From: an uncultured bacterium | GTDB lineage: Bacteria; Krumholzibacteriota; Krumholzibacteriia; Krumholzibacteriales; Krumholzibacteriaceae | Length of the DNA: 64,000 bases | Direction of reading: 5' to 3' | Assembly (NCBI GenBank): GCA_963747385.1 | Contig: CAVVEY010000006.1 | Coordinates: forward strand, 88,118 to 152,117 | Made by a program: the position numbers and the translations under genes | The notes under the pieces: generated by a model | What the model was told of the DNA's origin: nothing | Database searches by the model: none | The model's input: the letters and a program-made list of their open reading frames with translations, nothing else | Part shown: piece after piece, positions 21,540 through 30,383 of the stretch | Layout of the letters: every line of letters starts with the position of its first letter | Numbering within the stretch: the first letter of the stretch is position 1

Positions 21540-22533
21540 CTAGAACGAGAATTTCGGAATGCCGGGTCTCTTCTTCCCTTTCCGCCGCGTGAGCACCGCC
21601 GCCGCGACGATCGGGAGCGCGATGGTCGCGTCGCAGAGGACCGAGACCTGCTTCGCGGACGGCGCGATCTTTCCCCACGAGACCGCTTCGTCGAAGGTGC
21701 ACCCGCTCAGGCCCCCCCACTGGGGCGGATCGGCGACGAACTGAACGGCGTAGCGGTGCCCTTCGACGCGCCGTCCGAGAATCTGGTTCGTGACCTCCGT
21801 CTGCTGGATGAAGTTCTTCGGAGTTCCTCCGCCGACGTAGATCACCATCGTCCGCTTCATCGCGGCGATATCGGCCGTTTCTTCGACGTCGCCGACCATG
21901 TCGAAGATCACTCGGGGCGAGCGCCCGGCGAGCCCGATGCCGATCGACGAGTCCCCGATCGCCGGGCAGTACACCGGCACGCCCTTCCGGTACGCCGCGC
22001 TCAGAATTCCCTGCTCCCCCTTCGACAGGCGGTTCGCCTCCTTGCCGAGGAGAGAGAGAAACTCCCTCGTCGTGTAGGGCCTCTCCTCGAGCGCTTTCGT
22101 CGCCCACTTCCCGATCCGCTTGTCGAGGCTCTGAAATCCCTCTTCGTCCGCGAAGGTGTCGTAGATCCGGTCGACCATCTCATCGCGGAGCTTCGCGTCG
22201 TCGACGTTCGGGCGTGCCGAGGTAGTGGTAGCTCCCCGCTGTCTCGTAAAAATCGTGGTAGAGATTGGCCCCCGTGGACGCGATCACGTCGATGAACCGG
22301 TGCTCGATGAGCGTCACGAGCACCTTGCGCATGCCCGCCGGCACCATCGCCCCGGCGAGACCGAGCATGACGATGATGTCGTCGTCGAGCGCCTCGGCCC
22401 AGATGCGCGCCGCCTGCGCGAGCCCCCTCGCCTGGAAGCTGCACCCTTCGAGACCCTCGAGAAGCTCGTCGCACGTCATACCGGCCTTGAGCTCGATCGG
22501 CCGCGTCGGATGGGTGAGGTACTTACGCTTCAC
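21540..22533 (-). CDS. deoxyhypusine synthase-like (homospermidine-synthase-like) protein, frameshifted in assembly
   Basis: ORFs 22180..22533 and 21540..22178 join as ...GANLYHDFYETAGSYHYLGTP|NVDDAKLRDEMVDRIYDTF... when one base of the GGG run 22210-22212 (plus strand) is removed. The DS family pattern runs throughout. Confidence 0.75.
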
Positions 22534-23365
22534 GGTGCAACTCCTTCCTGATGTGTCTCGAAATCGCCTCGTAGACGATCTTCGCCGCGATGAAATTGGA
22601 CGTTTCGTCGTGCTCCACGGGCGCGAGCTCGACCGCGTCCATCGCCACGACGCGCTTGTTCTCGAAAACGAACGAGAGGAGATCCATCAGCTCGTCCCAC
22701 TGGAGCCCGCCGGGCTCGGGAGTGCCGACGGCGCGGAGAATCGAGGGATCGACCGCGTCGAAATCGATCGAAAGGTACACGGGATCGGGAAGCCGCCGGA
22801 TCGCCTCCCACGCGCCCTCGCTCCACCACCCGAAGACCCTCGTTCCGTCGCAGCCGCGCAGAAAATCGCGCTCCTCGCTCGAGTAGCTCCGCACGCCGAT
22901 CTGGACGAGCTTCCCGAACGGGAGCGAATTCCGCGCCGCGCACGCGTGGCTCTCCTTCTCGCCGAGGTACTGCGCGCGCATGTCGGCGTGGGCGTCGAGC
23001 CACACGATGCCGAGCGATTCGTAGCCGAGACCTTCGAGAATCCACGGAGTGATCGAGTGCTCGCCGCCGAGAAAGCAGGGAAACGTCTCGCGAAAGTACT
23101 CGCGATGAGCGCGCACGAACGAAACGAGATCGTCCTTGCACGCGATCTTCTCCCGCAGGGTGACGATCCCCGTTTTCTCGAGATCGAGGTCGAGCGCGGA
23201 GTTGTAGAATTCGATCTGCATCGAGGCGTCGAGGATCGCCTGGGGAGCCCGGGCCGTTCCCCTCCCGTACGAGGCGCTCCATTCGACGGGAACAGGGATC
23301 ACGGCGACGCGATCCCTGTCCGCTCCCGAAACTTCCGTGCCGAGAAAATCGAACGTCCGTTCCAT
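22523..23365 (-). CDS. speB: agmatinase (ureohydrolase family)
   Basis: Start at MERTFDFLG (ATG 23365-23363, sharing one base with the pdaD stop). Mn-binding motifs are GGEHSIT, WLDAHADM and SIDFDAVDP. Confidence 0.8.
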   Translation of the reverse strand: MERTFDFLGTEVSGADRDRVAVIPVPVEWSASYGRGTARAPQAILDASMQIEFYNSALDLDLEKTGIVTLREKIACKDDLVSFVRAHREYFRETFPCFLGGEHSITPWILEGLGYESLGIVWLDAHADMRAQYLGEKESHACAARNSLPFGKLVQIGVRSYSSEERDFLRGCDGTRVFGWWSEGAWEAIRRLPDPVYLSIDFDAVDPSILRAVGTPEPGGLQWDELMDLLSFVFENKRVVAMDAVELAPVEHDETSNFIAAKIVYEAISRHIRKELHREA

Positions 23366-23925
23366 CACCGGCTCTTGTAGCTGCAGAACACCGCCGCGGC
23401 GACGACGGTGGTCCACATGCCGTCCTTGCCGAACGCCGTCTGCGTGATGTTCGTCGTGCGGACGATCTGCCCCGCGATCTTCCATTCCTGTTTCCGCTCG
23501 TTCCACGCTCTCGTGAGATCGATCTCGATGCCGAGGGTCGAGGCGAGCATCGTCGCGGCGAGATCCTCGGTGTAATCGCCGAGCTCCTCCTGCCTCTTTC
23601 CGAACGCGTGGTGCTCGGAGATGTATCCGTACCGCTTCCGGTCGGTCGGTATCGCGACGCCGATCGCGGAGCCGACGAGGCGGCTCTGCTCGTCCGTGTG
23701 GTTCGTGCTCAGCACGCAGTACACGATCTCCCCCGGATGGAGCATCGAGGCGCCTCTCTTGCGCGGAATCAAAACGCAATGAGGCGGAAAGATGCTCGAA
23801 ACATGGACGAGGTTGAACTGCGACAATCCCGCGGCTCTCAGCGCGAGCTCGAAGCTCGTGAGCTTCTCCTTGTGCCTCCCGCCGCCGCGCGTCAGGAATA
23901 TCTTGTCGGGGACCTTTCCCTCCAC
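23365..23925 (-). CDS. pdaD: pyruvoyl-dependent arginine decarboxylase
   Basis: 186-aa ORF with a GTG start. The self-cleavage context is LVHVSSIFP, and the sequence matches the PvlArgDC family pattern as I remember it. Confidence 0.75.
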   Translation of the reverse strand: MEGKVPDKIFLTRGGGRHKEKLTSFELALRAAGLSQFNLVHVSSIFPPHCVLIPRKRGASMLHPGEIVYCVLSTNHTDEQSRLVGSAIGVAIPTDRKRYGYISEHHAFGKRQEELGDYTEDLAATMLASTLGIEIDLTRAWNERKQEWKIAGQIVRTTNITQTAFGKDGMWTTVVAAAVFCSYKSR

Positions 23926-24017
23926 GGAGTACCTCTTTTCGAAATGACGCGATGACTGTGTGCGGTTCCGCCGTGACGCCGAACCGCCGCTTTCCGCCGA
24001 TTGATTCGGTTCGAGTG

Positions 24018-24046
24018 CATTATGACCGAGGCACGGGCGTTGTCAA
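24018..24046 (-). promoter_or_regulatory. sigma-70-type promoter for the pdaD operon (TTGACA-16/17-CATAATG)
   Basis: Minus-strand -35 at 24046-24041 and -10 at 24024-24018. This leaves a leader of about 85 nt. Confidence 0.5.
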
Positions 24047-24049
24047 CGC

Positions 24050-24084
24050 CAAAATAAAACGGGAACGGCCGATGCCGTTCCCGT
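24050..24084 (-). terminator. intrinsic terminator of the Lys-rich mini-gene
   Basis: Perfect 11-bp stem ACGGGAACGGC/GCCGTTCCCGT (24059-24069 and 24074-24084) with a 4-nt loop. On the minus strand it is followed by TTTTATTTT. Confidence 0.75.
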
Positions 24085-24122
24085 TCATTAGCACTCTCAA
24101 ACTACGATATCAAGAAGACGTG

Positions 24123-24251
24123 CTATTTCTTGGCTTTCTTGCGAACTTTGCGCTTCGCTTTTGCCTTCACTGCCTTCTTCGCCTTGGCTTTGCCCTTAGC
24201 TTTCTTCTTGGGCTTCGCTTTGGTCTTGGCTTTCTTCTTGGCTTTTGGCAT
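24123..24251 (-). CDS. 42-aa Lys/Ala-rich basic protein (histone-H1-tail-like), absent from the ORF track
   Basis: Hand translation: MPKAKKKAKTKAKPKKKAKGKAKAKKAVKAKAKRKVRKKAKK, with a TAG stop. An RBS GGAGTGGGAG lies 5 nt upstream. It has its own promoter and terminator. Confidence 0.7.
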   Translation of the reverse strand: MPKAKKKAKTKAKPKKKAKGKAKAKKAVKAKAKRKVRKKAKK

Positions 24252-24367
24252 TTCTCCCACTCCTTTGTGAAAGTTGAAAGCCCGCCATCGCCTCTATTGC
24301 ATGCGTTACCTTGTTCAACCGGGACCTTGTGATGTCGCGCAACGCATGCACCGAATTAATTGTGCAC

Positions 24368-24397
24368 ATGTTATTCACTGGAGAAAAAATGTGTCAA
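24368..24397 (-). promoter_or_regulatory. sigma-70-type promoter TTGACA-18-TAACAT with an AT-rich UP-like tract
   Basis: Minus-strand -35 at 24397-24392 and -10 at 24373-24368. An A/T tract lies upstream at 24398-24430. Confidence 0.5.
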
Positions 24398-24405
24398 GAC
24401 TTTTT

Positions 24406-24428
24406 AAAATTATTTGAAAAATAATTTT
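24406..24428. promoter_or_regulatory. 23-bp palindrome AAAATTATTT-GAA-AAATAATTTT
   Basis: Perfect 10-bp arms in the AT-rich island between two divergent promoters. Confidence 0.4.
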
Positions 24429-24509
24429 CGCCGACGCGCGCGCGAGCGAGATGAACACGCGAGCGCGCGCGACGTCGCATGACGCCGATTCGAAACGGCG
24501 CGACCCGCA

Positions 24510-24538
24510 TTGACACGCGCCCTCCGCGTTGTTATATA
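24510..24538 (+). promoter_or_regulatory. sigma-70-type promoter TTGACA-17-TATATA
   Basis: -35 at 24510-24515 and -10 at 24533-24538, 45 nt upstream of the CDS at 24584. Confidence 0.55.
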
Positions 24539-24583
24539 TAGTCCGACTGTCTCGCGCGCGGCGCGCGAGCAACGAACGGAGCG

Positions 24584-25588
24584 TTGAAAATGCGGCACGA
24601 AACGGTATTCACGCGGAGCGACGACTCGCTCATCGCTTTTCTCGCGGAGCGTCTCCGCGGTGTATTCGCGCGGGGCGACCGCGTGGCGATCAAGCTCCAC
24701 ATGGGAGAACCGGGCAACACCTACTTCATCGCCGCGCCGTTCGCGAAACGCGTCGCCGATTGCGTCGCCGCTCTCGGCGCGAAGCCGTTCATCTTCGATT
24801 CGCCGGTCATGTACTCGAGCCCGCGCAACGACGAGCGCCGCTATCTCGGCGCGGCGGCCGCGCACGGCTACTCGAAGAAGGAGCTCGGGTGCCCCGTCGT
24901 CGTCTCGAACGGGAGCGTCTCCGCGAAGGGTTCGCACCTGACGTACCGGATCTGCAAGGACCTGCTCAAGGCGGACGGCGTGCTCCTCCTCACGCACGTC
25001 AAGGGACACGTCGCGTGCGGCATGGGCGGCGCCGTCAAGAACGTCGGCATGGGATGCGTGGCGAAGGAAACGAAAGGCGCGATCCACGAGGGGGGCGAGC
25101 CGGTCTACACGGAGGGATGCACTCGATGCGGCGCCTGCGTCGAGAACTGTCCGACGGGGAACGTCGCGCTCGATCCGGCGGGCCCGCGCTTCGGCGTCAC
25201 CTGGTGCCCGGGCTGCAGCAACTGCGTCCTCGTCTGCCCGGCGCAGTGCATCCGGCCGCGCGTCGCGACGTTCGACGAGCTGCTCGCCGAAGCCGCCGCG
25301 ATCGCGCACGGGAGATTCAAGAAGCGCTACTCCGTGAACGTTCTCAAGAACATTTCGAAATTCTGCGACTGCATGTCGAACCCGGGCCCCCTCATAGCGA
25401 AGGACATCGGCTTCGTGTGCGCCGACGACATGGTTGCGGCGGACGCCGCCACGCTCGAGGTGATCGCGAAGGAGACGGGACACGAAGATCTCTTCGCCGA
25501 GCAGCACAAGCACTCCCCCTGGGGACACGTGCGGGCCGCGGCGCGATTCAGCGGCACGGATACCGCCGTCGCCGTGAAGGAGATCTGA
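24584..25588 (+). CDS. DUF362-like protein with an inserted 2x[4Fe-4S] ferredoxin module
   Basis: 334-aa ORF: VAIKLHMGE, LTHVKGH, then CTRCGACVENCP and CPGCSNCVLVCP. Confidence 0.65.
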   Translation: MKMRHETVFTRSDDSLIAFLAERLRGVFARGDRVAIKLHMGEPGNTYFIAAPFAKRVADCVAALGAKPFIFDSPVMYSSPRNDERRYLGAAAAHGYSKKELGCPVVVSNGSVSAKGSHLTYRICKDLLKADGVLLLTHVKGHVACGMGGAVKNVGMGCVAKETKGAIHEGGEPVYTEGCTRCGACVENCPTGNVALDPAGPRFGVTWCPGCSNCVLVCPAQCIRPRVATFDELLAEAAAIAHGRFKKRYSVNVLKNISKFCDCMSNPGPLIAKDIGFVCADDMVAADAATLEVIAKETGHEDLFAEQHKHSPWGHVRAAARFSGTDTAVAVKEI

Positions 25589-25589
25589 C

Positions 25590-27293
25590 ATGGGGGATCA
25601 TGCGTTCGTTTTTGCGCTGCAGGGCGCGGGATTCAAGGGTGTTCTGGACGTCATCGCCGGAAATTCGATCCTCCTTCTCTTTTCCGTGATCGGGCTCGGA
25701 TACCTCATCGGAAACATCAGAATCTTCGGCTTCAAGCTCGGCGTGGCCGCCGTCCTCTTCGTCGGGATGGCCTTCAGCGCCCTCGACGGGCGTCTCACTC
25801 TGCCCGATCATATCTATGTCATAGGACTCGTGCTCTTCGTGTATGCCATCGGGCTCCAATCCGGCCCCGGTTTTTTCGCCTCGTTCCGCAAGCGGGGTCT
25901 TCGGCTCAATATTTTCGCCGTCGCCGTTCTCTGCGCGGGAGCCGCGCTCGCCATGATCCTCAAGAGCGTCATGGGACTCTCGGCGCCGAGCGTCGCCGGA
26001 CTTTTTTGCGGCGCCCTCACCAACACCCCCGCCCTCGCCGCGACGATCGAAACGATCGAGAACATGAAAGGCGCGCTTCCCCCCGAGGCGATGACGCTCT
26101 ACCTCGGAAGCCCCGTCGTCACCTACGGGCTCGCGTACCCCTTCGGCGTGCTCGGCGTCATTCTCTGGTTCTTCATCTTCATCAAGCTCTTCAGGATCGA
26201 TTTCGCCAAGGAAGAGGCGGAACGCCTCGAGGAGTCGGGCACGGGCACCATCGTCAGCAGAACGCTCAGAATAACGAACCCGGCCATCGACGGCAAGACG
26301 GTCGCGGAAGCGCTTGTCGCGCTCGGCGAGCCCGGATTCGTACTGAGTCGCATTCAGCAGGGAGATACGATCGCGGTTGTTCTCCCCGACACGATCCTCG
26401 CGCTCGGAAACCTCATCGTTGCGGTCGGCAGTCCCGCCACGATCGAGCGGGCTCGCATCATCTTCGGCGAGCTGAGCGCCGAGTCTCTTCCCGAAACGGC
26501 CGGGAACGTCTCCTATCGGCGCATCTTCGTCTCGAACCGACACGTGATCGGCAAAACGCTCCGCGAGCTCGATCTTCACAAGCTCTTCGACGCGACGATC
26601 ACGAGGCTCCGGCGCGGCGACGTCGATTTCGTCCCGTTTCCCGACACGATCCTCGAATCGGGGGACCGCATCCGCGTCGTCGCCCGCCGCGACAATCTCG
26701 AGGCTATCTCGCGGTACTTCGGCGATTCGATCCGCTCGATCTCGGAGACCGATTTTCTCTCGCTCTCTCTCGGCGTCGTTCTCGGAGTGCTCCTCGGGAT
26801 GATCGCGTTCCCGCTCCCGAATGGAATGGTCTTCCGCCTCGGCTTCGCGGGAGGGCCGCTCATCGTCGGTCTCGTCCTCGGCAAGCTGCACCGGACCGGG
26901 CCGATCATCTGGGGGCTGCCGTACACGGCAAACCTCGTGCTGCGCCAGATCGGTCTCGTTTTCTTTCTCGCGGCGATCGGAACGAAGGCGGGTCCGGGGT
27001 TCGGCGCGACATTCAAGTCAGGCGGTTGGGGGCTCATCGCAGCCGGGGCTCTCATCACGAGCCTCGTCGCGGTAACGACGATACTGGCCGGGTACAAGTT
27101 CCTGAAGCTCCCGATGTCGGCCGTCATGGGCGTCGTCTCGGGAATGCACACGCAGCCCGCCTGCCTCGCCTACGCGAATCAGCAGGCGCCGAACGAGCTC
27201 CCGAACATCTGGTACGCCGCGGTCTACCCCGCTTCCATGATCGCGAAGATAATCCTCGCGCAGATCATCGTCTCGTTCCTTCTCGTATCCTGA
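25590..27293 (+). CDS. YidE/YbjL/AspT-type transporter with two central RCK_C (TrkA-C) domains
   Basis: 567-aa intact ORF. Hydrophobic N- and C-terminal halves flank two soluble repeats (RTLRITNPAIDGKTVAEAL... and RRIFVSNRHVIGKTLREL...). Confidence 0.7.
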   Translation: MGDHAFVFALQGAGFKGVLDVIAGNSILLLFSVIGLGYLIGNIRIFGFKLGVAAVLFVGMAFSALDGRLTLPDHIYVIGLVLFVYAIGLQSGPGFFASFRKRGLRLNIFAVAVLCAGAALAMILKSVMGLSAPSVAGLFCGALTNTPALAATIETIENMKGALPPEAMTLYLGSPVVTYGLAYPFGVLGVILWFFIFIKLFRIDFAKEEAERLEESGTGTIVSRTLRITNPAIDGKTVAEALVALGEPGFVLSRIQQGDTIAVVLPDTILALGNLIVAVGSPATIERARIIFGELSAESLPETAGNVSYRRIFVSNRHVIGKTLRELDLHKLFDATITRLRRGDVDFVPFPDTILESGDRIRVVARRDNLEAISRYFGDSIRSISETDFLSLSLGVVLGVLLGMIAFPLPNGMVFRLGFAGGPLIVGLVLGKLHRTGPIIWGLPYTANLVLRQIGLVFFLAAIGTKAGPGFGATFKSGGWGLIAAGALITSLVAVTTILAGYKFLKLPMSAVMGVVSGMHTQPACLAYANQQAPNELPNIWYAAVYPASMIAKIILAQIIVSFLLVS

Positions 27294-27301
27294 AGCCGCC
27301 G

Positions 27302-27330
27302 TTGACAGGGCGCGCGTTTTGCGGTATCAT
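27302..27330 (+). promoter_or_regulatory. sigma-70-type promoter TTGACA-17-TATCAT
   Basis: -35 at 27302-27307 and -10 at 27325-27330. The likely start ATG at 27338 is only about 8 nt downstream, so the mRNA may be leaderless or have a very short leader. Confidence 0.45.
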
Positions 27331-27337
27331 GGACGGC

Positions 27338-27859
27338 ATGAAGAAGCTCATCGCGCTCGCCGCCGCCGTTATCGTCCTCTCTCCGTGCCTCGCGCGGGCG
27401 ATAGACGTGTACGTGCAGGCGGAGAGCTTCACGAGCTCGAGCAACATCAGCTACGAGAACATCCGCGCCTACGAGACCGTACTCCTCGGCCTCGACTATC
27501 CCGGCGAATGGGCCGAGTTTCAGGTTCCGGCCTCCGGGTTCGGGACATACCTGCTCTCGATGCGCTGCTGGGGCAATCTGGGCTCGCCGTACCTGTTTCA
27601 TCTCGTCACAAAACCGGTCGCGGGGGAGGAACCTCAGACGATCGCCCTGAGCTTCGCCGGCAAAGGGTACTGCGGCAGTTGAGGCACTTCCATACTGGTC
27701 TTCGGTGGAGACCTCGTCAGAATCTTCGAATCGCCCCTCACCTTCAGGCTCGTATTCGTATCGGGAGACATCAACGCGTGGATCGACTGGTTCGACTTCG
27801 CGTCGGTGAACGCGACCGAGGGTCGATCCTGGGGAGCGATCAAGAGCCTGTTCCGCTAG
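27338..27859 (+). CDS. secreted beta-sandwich (CBM-like) protein with an in-frame UGA at 27680-27682
   Basis: Signal peptide MKKLIALAAAVIVLSPCLARA. The mature part reads IDVYVQAESF...GEWAEFQV...GTYLLSMRCWG...SFAGKGYCGS-TGA-GTSILVFGGDLVRIFESPLTFRLVFVSGDINAWIDWFDFASVNATEGRSWGAIKSLFR. Sequence on both sides of the TGA is in the same frame and protein-like. Confidence 0.6.
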
Positions 27860-27884
27860 ATTCGCGGCCCGCCGGCCTGCCGCT

Positions 27885-29851
27885 TCAGAATTCGATCGAG
27901 GAATAGAGCGAGTACATATCCGTCCCGGATTCCGTCCTATCGGGAGCTGTCTCCGTGTAATCGATTCGTTCATACCGGAGCCTGACGGAACCGATCTTCT
28001 CGAGCTCGCAGCGAAGTTCCCCGACGATCCCCTTCCGGGACGAGCGTGACGGGGAGATCTCGCCGTCGCGCCATGTTCTCTTCTCGAGCCAGCCGAGACC
28101 GGCGACGAGATTCCTCCCGAGACCGATATCGACCGAAACACCGGAAAGAGAGATCTGCTTCCGCTCCGTCTCGGACGGGGCGAGGTCCGCTTCGCGCAGC
28201 CTCTTGTGGAAGAGAGAGAGCGACATGCGATCGCCGGGCAACGGCATCCGCGCCGACAGCGCGGATGCCCTCGGTGTTTTCCTCGTACGAGAGGGCGGAG
28301 TACGGCGTCGAAAATCCGCGCGCGAGGCGCAGGTAATCCACACGGAGAGACGCGCCCGGCTTCTTTTCCACGACGATTCCCCCGTATCCGCCTCCCCCCC
28401 TGCGCGACACGTCGGCAAGTCCGCCCGCCGTCACGACGCCGCGCTCCCTGGTGTCGTTCCACGCGAGGATCTCGCCCCGCAGGCGCGCGTACCGCACGAT
28501 CGGCGCCTCCGCCGTGAAACTCAGCGTCCGCGTGTCGGTCCACGGATCCGCGGCGAAATACCCGAGCGCGGAGAAATCGACCGAGCGCCTGTTTTCGAAG
28601 CTCGCGATCGCGTGCGCCGCCGCCTTCCAGAACGACCCCGTCCGCCGATCGAGGCGCTGCCACCTCAGCTCGGCGCCCGCGATCTCCCTGGAATATCGCG
28701 CCCGCTCCGTTCCACCGAAACTGTGCGCCAGGTAACTCGTTTCGATCGCCCGCCGCGGGATCGCGTAGAACAGGCGCACCTCGAGATCGGCCGCGCCATA
28801 TGAAGCGAGCGCCCCCTCGAAGGTCAGATCGGGCCCGAGCTCCTCGAGGCTCTCGACGATGAGCGCCCCCGCGGCCGGGCCGCCGCATCCGCAGCCGGCG
28901 TCTCCCCCGACGCGCGGGCTGTCGTCCCAGTCCCAGCGCATGAGGGTCAGCGGCGTCATGGAGATATCGTAGTATCCGATTCTCGCGCGGAAACGCCGCG
29001 GCCTCGAACTCGGCGAACGCGCTCCCCCACTCCGAGCCGAGGTATTCCGGGCCTGAAGCGAGGATCTTCTTCCCTTCGTTGGAGACCCTGAGAAGCCCCC
29101 CCGCGCGAAGACCCTTCGCGAGCCTCATCGACGCTTCGACCTCGAGCCGGTACTGAACGGTCCGCCGCGGACTGACCGGTTCACCGTAGAGCCCCGTCGC
29201 GTCCGCCCCGTGCGCGTCGACGGCGAGCAACCGGATCCGCTGGAGCCCGTGACAGGAGAAGACCCTTCCCTCCTCCCATGAGCCGGCTTCTTTCGGCACG
29301 CCGGGCGCGCCCCGCGGTTCCTCGCTCCTCGCGACAGGGATCTCCCCCTGCCGCAGCATCTCCTCCATCGCCGCGCCCGTATCTCCTTCGGGATCGAATC
29401 GCACGCCGAGAACGGCGCCTCCCTTTCCGACAAGGCACAGCGTGAACGTCTCGAACGGTATACCGTAGCTCGCGGCCACCATCCCTCCCGCGTCATGAGC
29501 CTGGGGAAAGGTGATGCCGTTCGACTCGATCACCCCGCGCGCCGCGAGCCGGTCGCGGTCGTCGCCGTTGATCCCGAAGACGGCGATATCCTCGCCGCCG
29601 TATATTCGATGGAAACGCTCGCAGCCGAGGAGCGATTCGACGCAGTGGAGACAGCTCGATCGCCAGAAAACGACGAACGTGTACTCGTGTTTCGAAAAGA
29701 GCTCGCCCGACAGCGCGCTCCCCGCGCCGTCCACGAGCGGAAGGTCGAAAGGGGGCGCCGTCTGACCCGGATCGATCGCGAGCGCCGACGATCCCGCGAA
29801 CATGCTCGCTGCGAGCGCGATCGCCGCCACCAGGCGAAGCCGTGCGTTCAT
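27885..29851 (-). CDS. TlpA/ResA-like thioredoxin-fold domain fused to an outer-membrane beta-barrel-like domain; two frameshifts in assembly
   Basis: RBS AAGGAGG, signal peptide MNARLRLVAAIALAASMFAGSSALA, and a redoxin domain with WRSSCLHCV (CxxC). About 450 aa of alternating-pattern sequence follow, ending YSLYSSIEF (terminal Phe). The three ORF pieces join by +1 shifts at 28980-28981 and about 28250. Confidence 0.6.
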
Positions 29852-30000
29852 GAACGTCGCCTCCTTGTTCCGTTCCATATTGAAGGTTGCGCGCGGCCCG
29901 ATTATATTCGCGCCTTCGAGGCTCGCAAACACATTTTGCGGGAGAACCGGACGGTATTCCTTGACAATGCCGTCATATTATTATATGAGTATATAGGAAT

Positions 30001-30378
30001 ATGAAAAAGGGCGGTCCGATGACGTTCGATGCCGAATCCATGCCGTTCGAACTCGTGGCGCGGCGCCTCAAGGCGCTCGCCGACGCGTCCCGCCTCTCCG
30101 TGCTGCGGCGTCTCTGCGCCGGCGAGAAGTGCGTGACGGAGCTCGTCGACGAAACGGGTCTCGGCCAGGCGAACGTCTCGAAACACCTGCGCATTCTGCT
30201 CGGAGAGGGATTCGTGCTCGCCCGCAGGGACCGCCGCAACGTGTTCTATCGTCTCTCGAACGGGATGAGCGAGGAGATATGCGCGATCATCTGCAGGTCG
30301 ATACAGGAAAGGGCGGCGGACGAGAAGCGCGCGCTCGCCCGCTATCTGAACCGGAAACGCGCGCGAAAGGCCGATTGA
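30001..30378 (+). CDS. ArsR/SmtB-family transcriptional regulator
   Basis: 125-aa ORF: LKALADASRLSVLRRLCAGEKCVTELVDETGLGQANVSKHLRILLGEGFVLARRDRRNVFYRL. Confidence 0.85.
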   Translation: MKKGGPMTFDAESMPFELVARRLKALADASRLSVLRRLCAGEKCVTELVDETGLGQANVSKHLRILLGEGFVLARRDRRNVFYRLSNGMSEEICAIICRSIQERAADEKRALARYLNRKRARKAD

Positions 30379-30383
30379 AACAC

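Noticed and set aside
23952-24332. 126-aa plus-strand ORF in the pdaD/DUF362 intergenic region
   Set aside because: It is the antisense shadow of the Lys-rich mini-gene (its Phe/Leu-rich translation comes from AAG/AAA complements), and it has no RBS.
24431-24480. Alternating CG tract that can form a stem of about 13 bp (CGACGCGCGCGCG ... CGCGCGCGACGTCG) between the divergent promoters
   Set aside because: The structure is real, but I cannot assign it a function (insulating hairpin, Z-DNA-prone tract or chance in GC-rich DNA). It has no U-tract and no flanking conservation information.
25548-26891. 447-aa minus-strand ORF; similar shadow ORFs at 18631..19860, 59340..60974, 61073..62083, 42948..44291 and 52152..53711
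   Set aside because: Each lies antisense or out of frame to a gene with clear family motifs (transporter, acyl-CoA dehydrogenase, propeller protein, SPFH protein, HD-GYP protein, guaB). Their composition is dominated by Arg, Asp, Glu, Gly and Pro from GC-rich codons.
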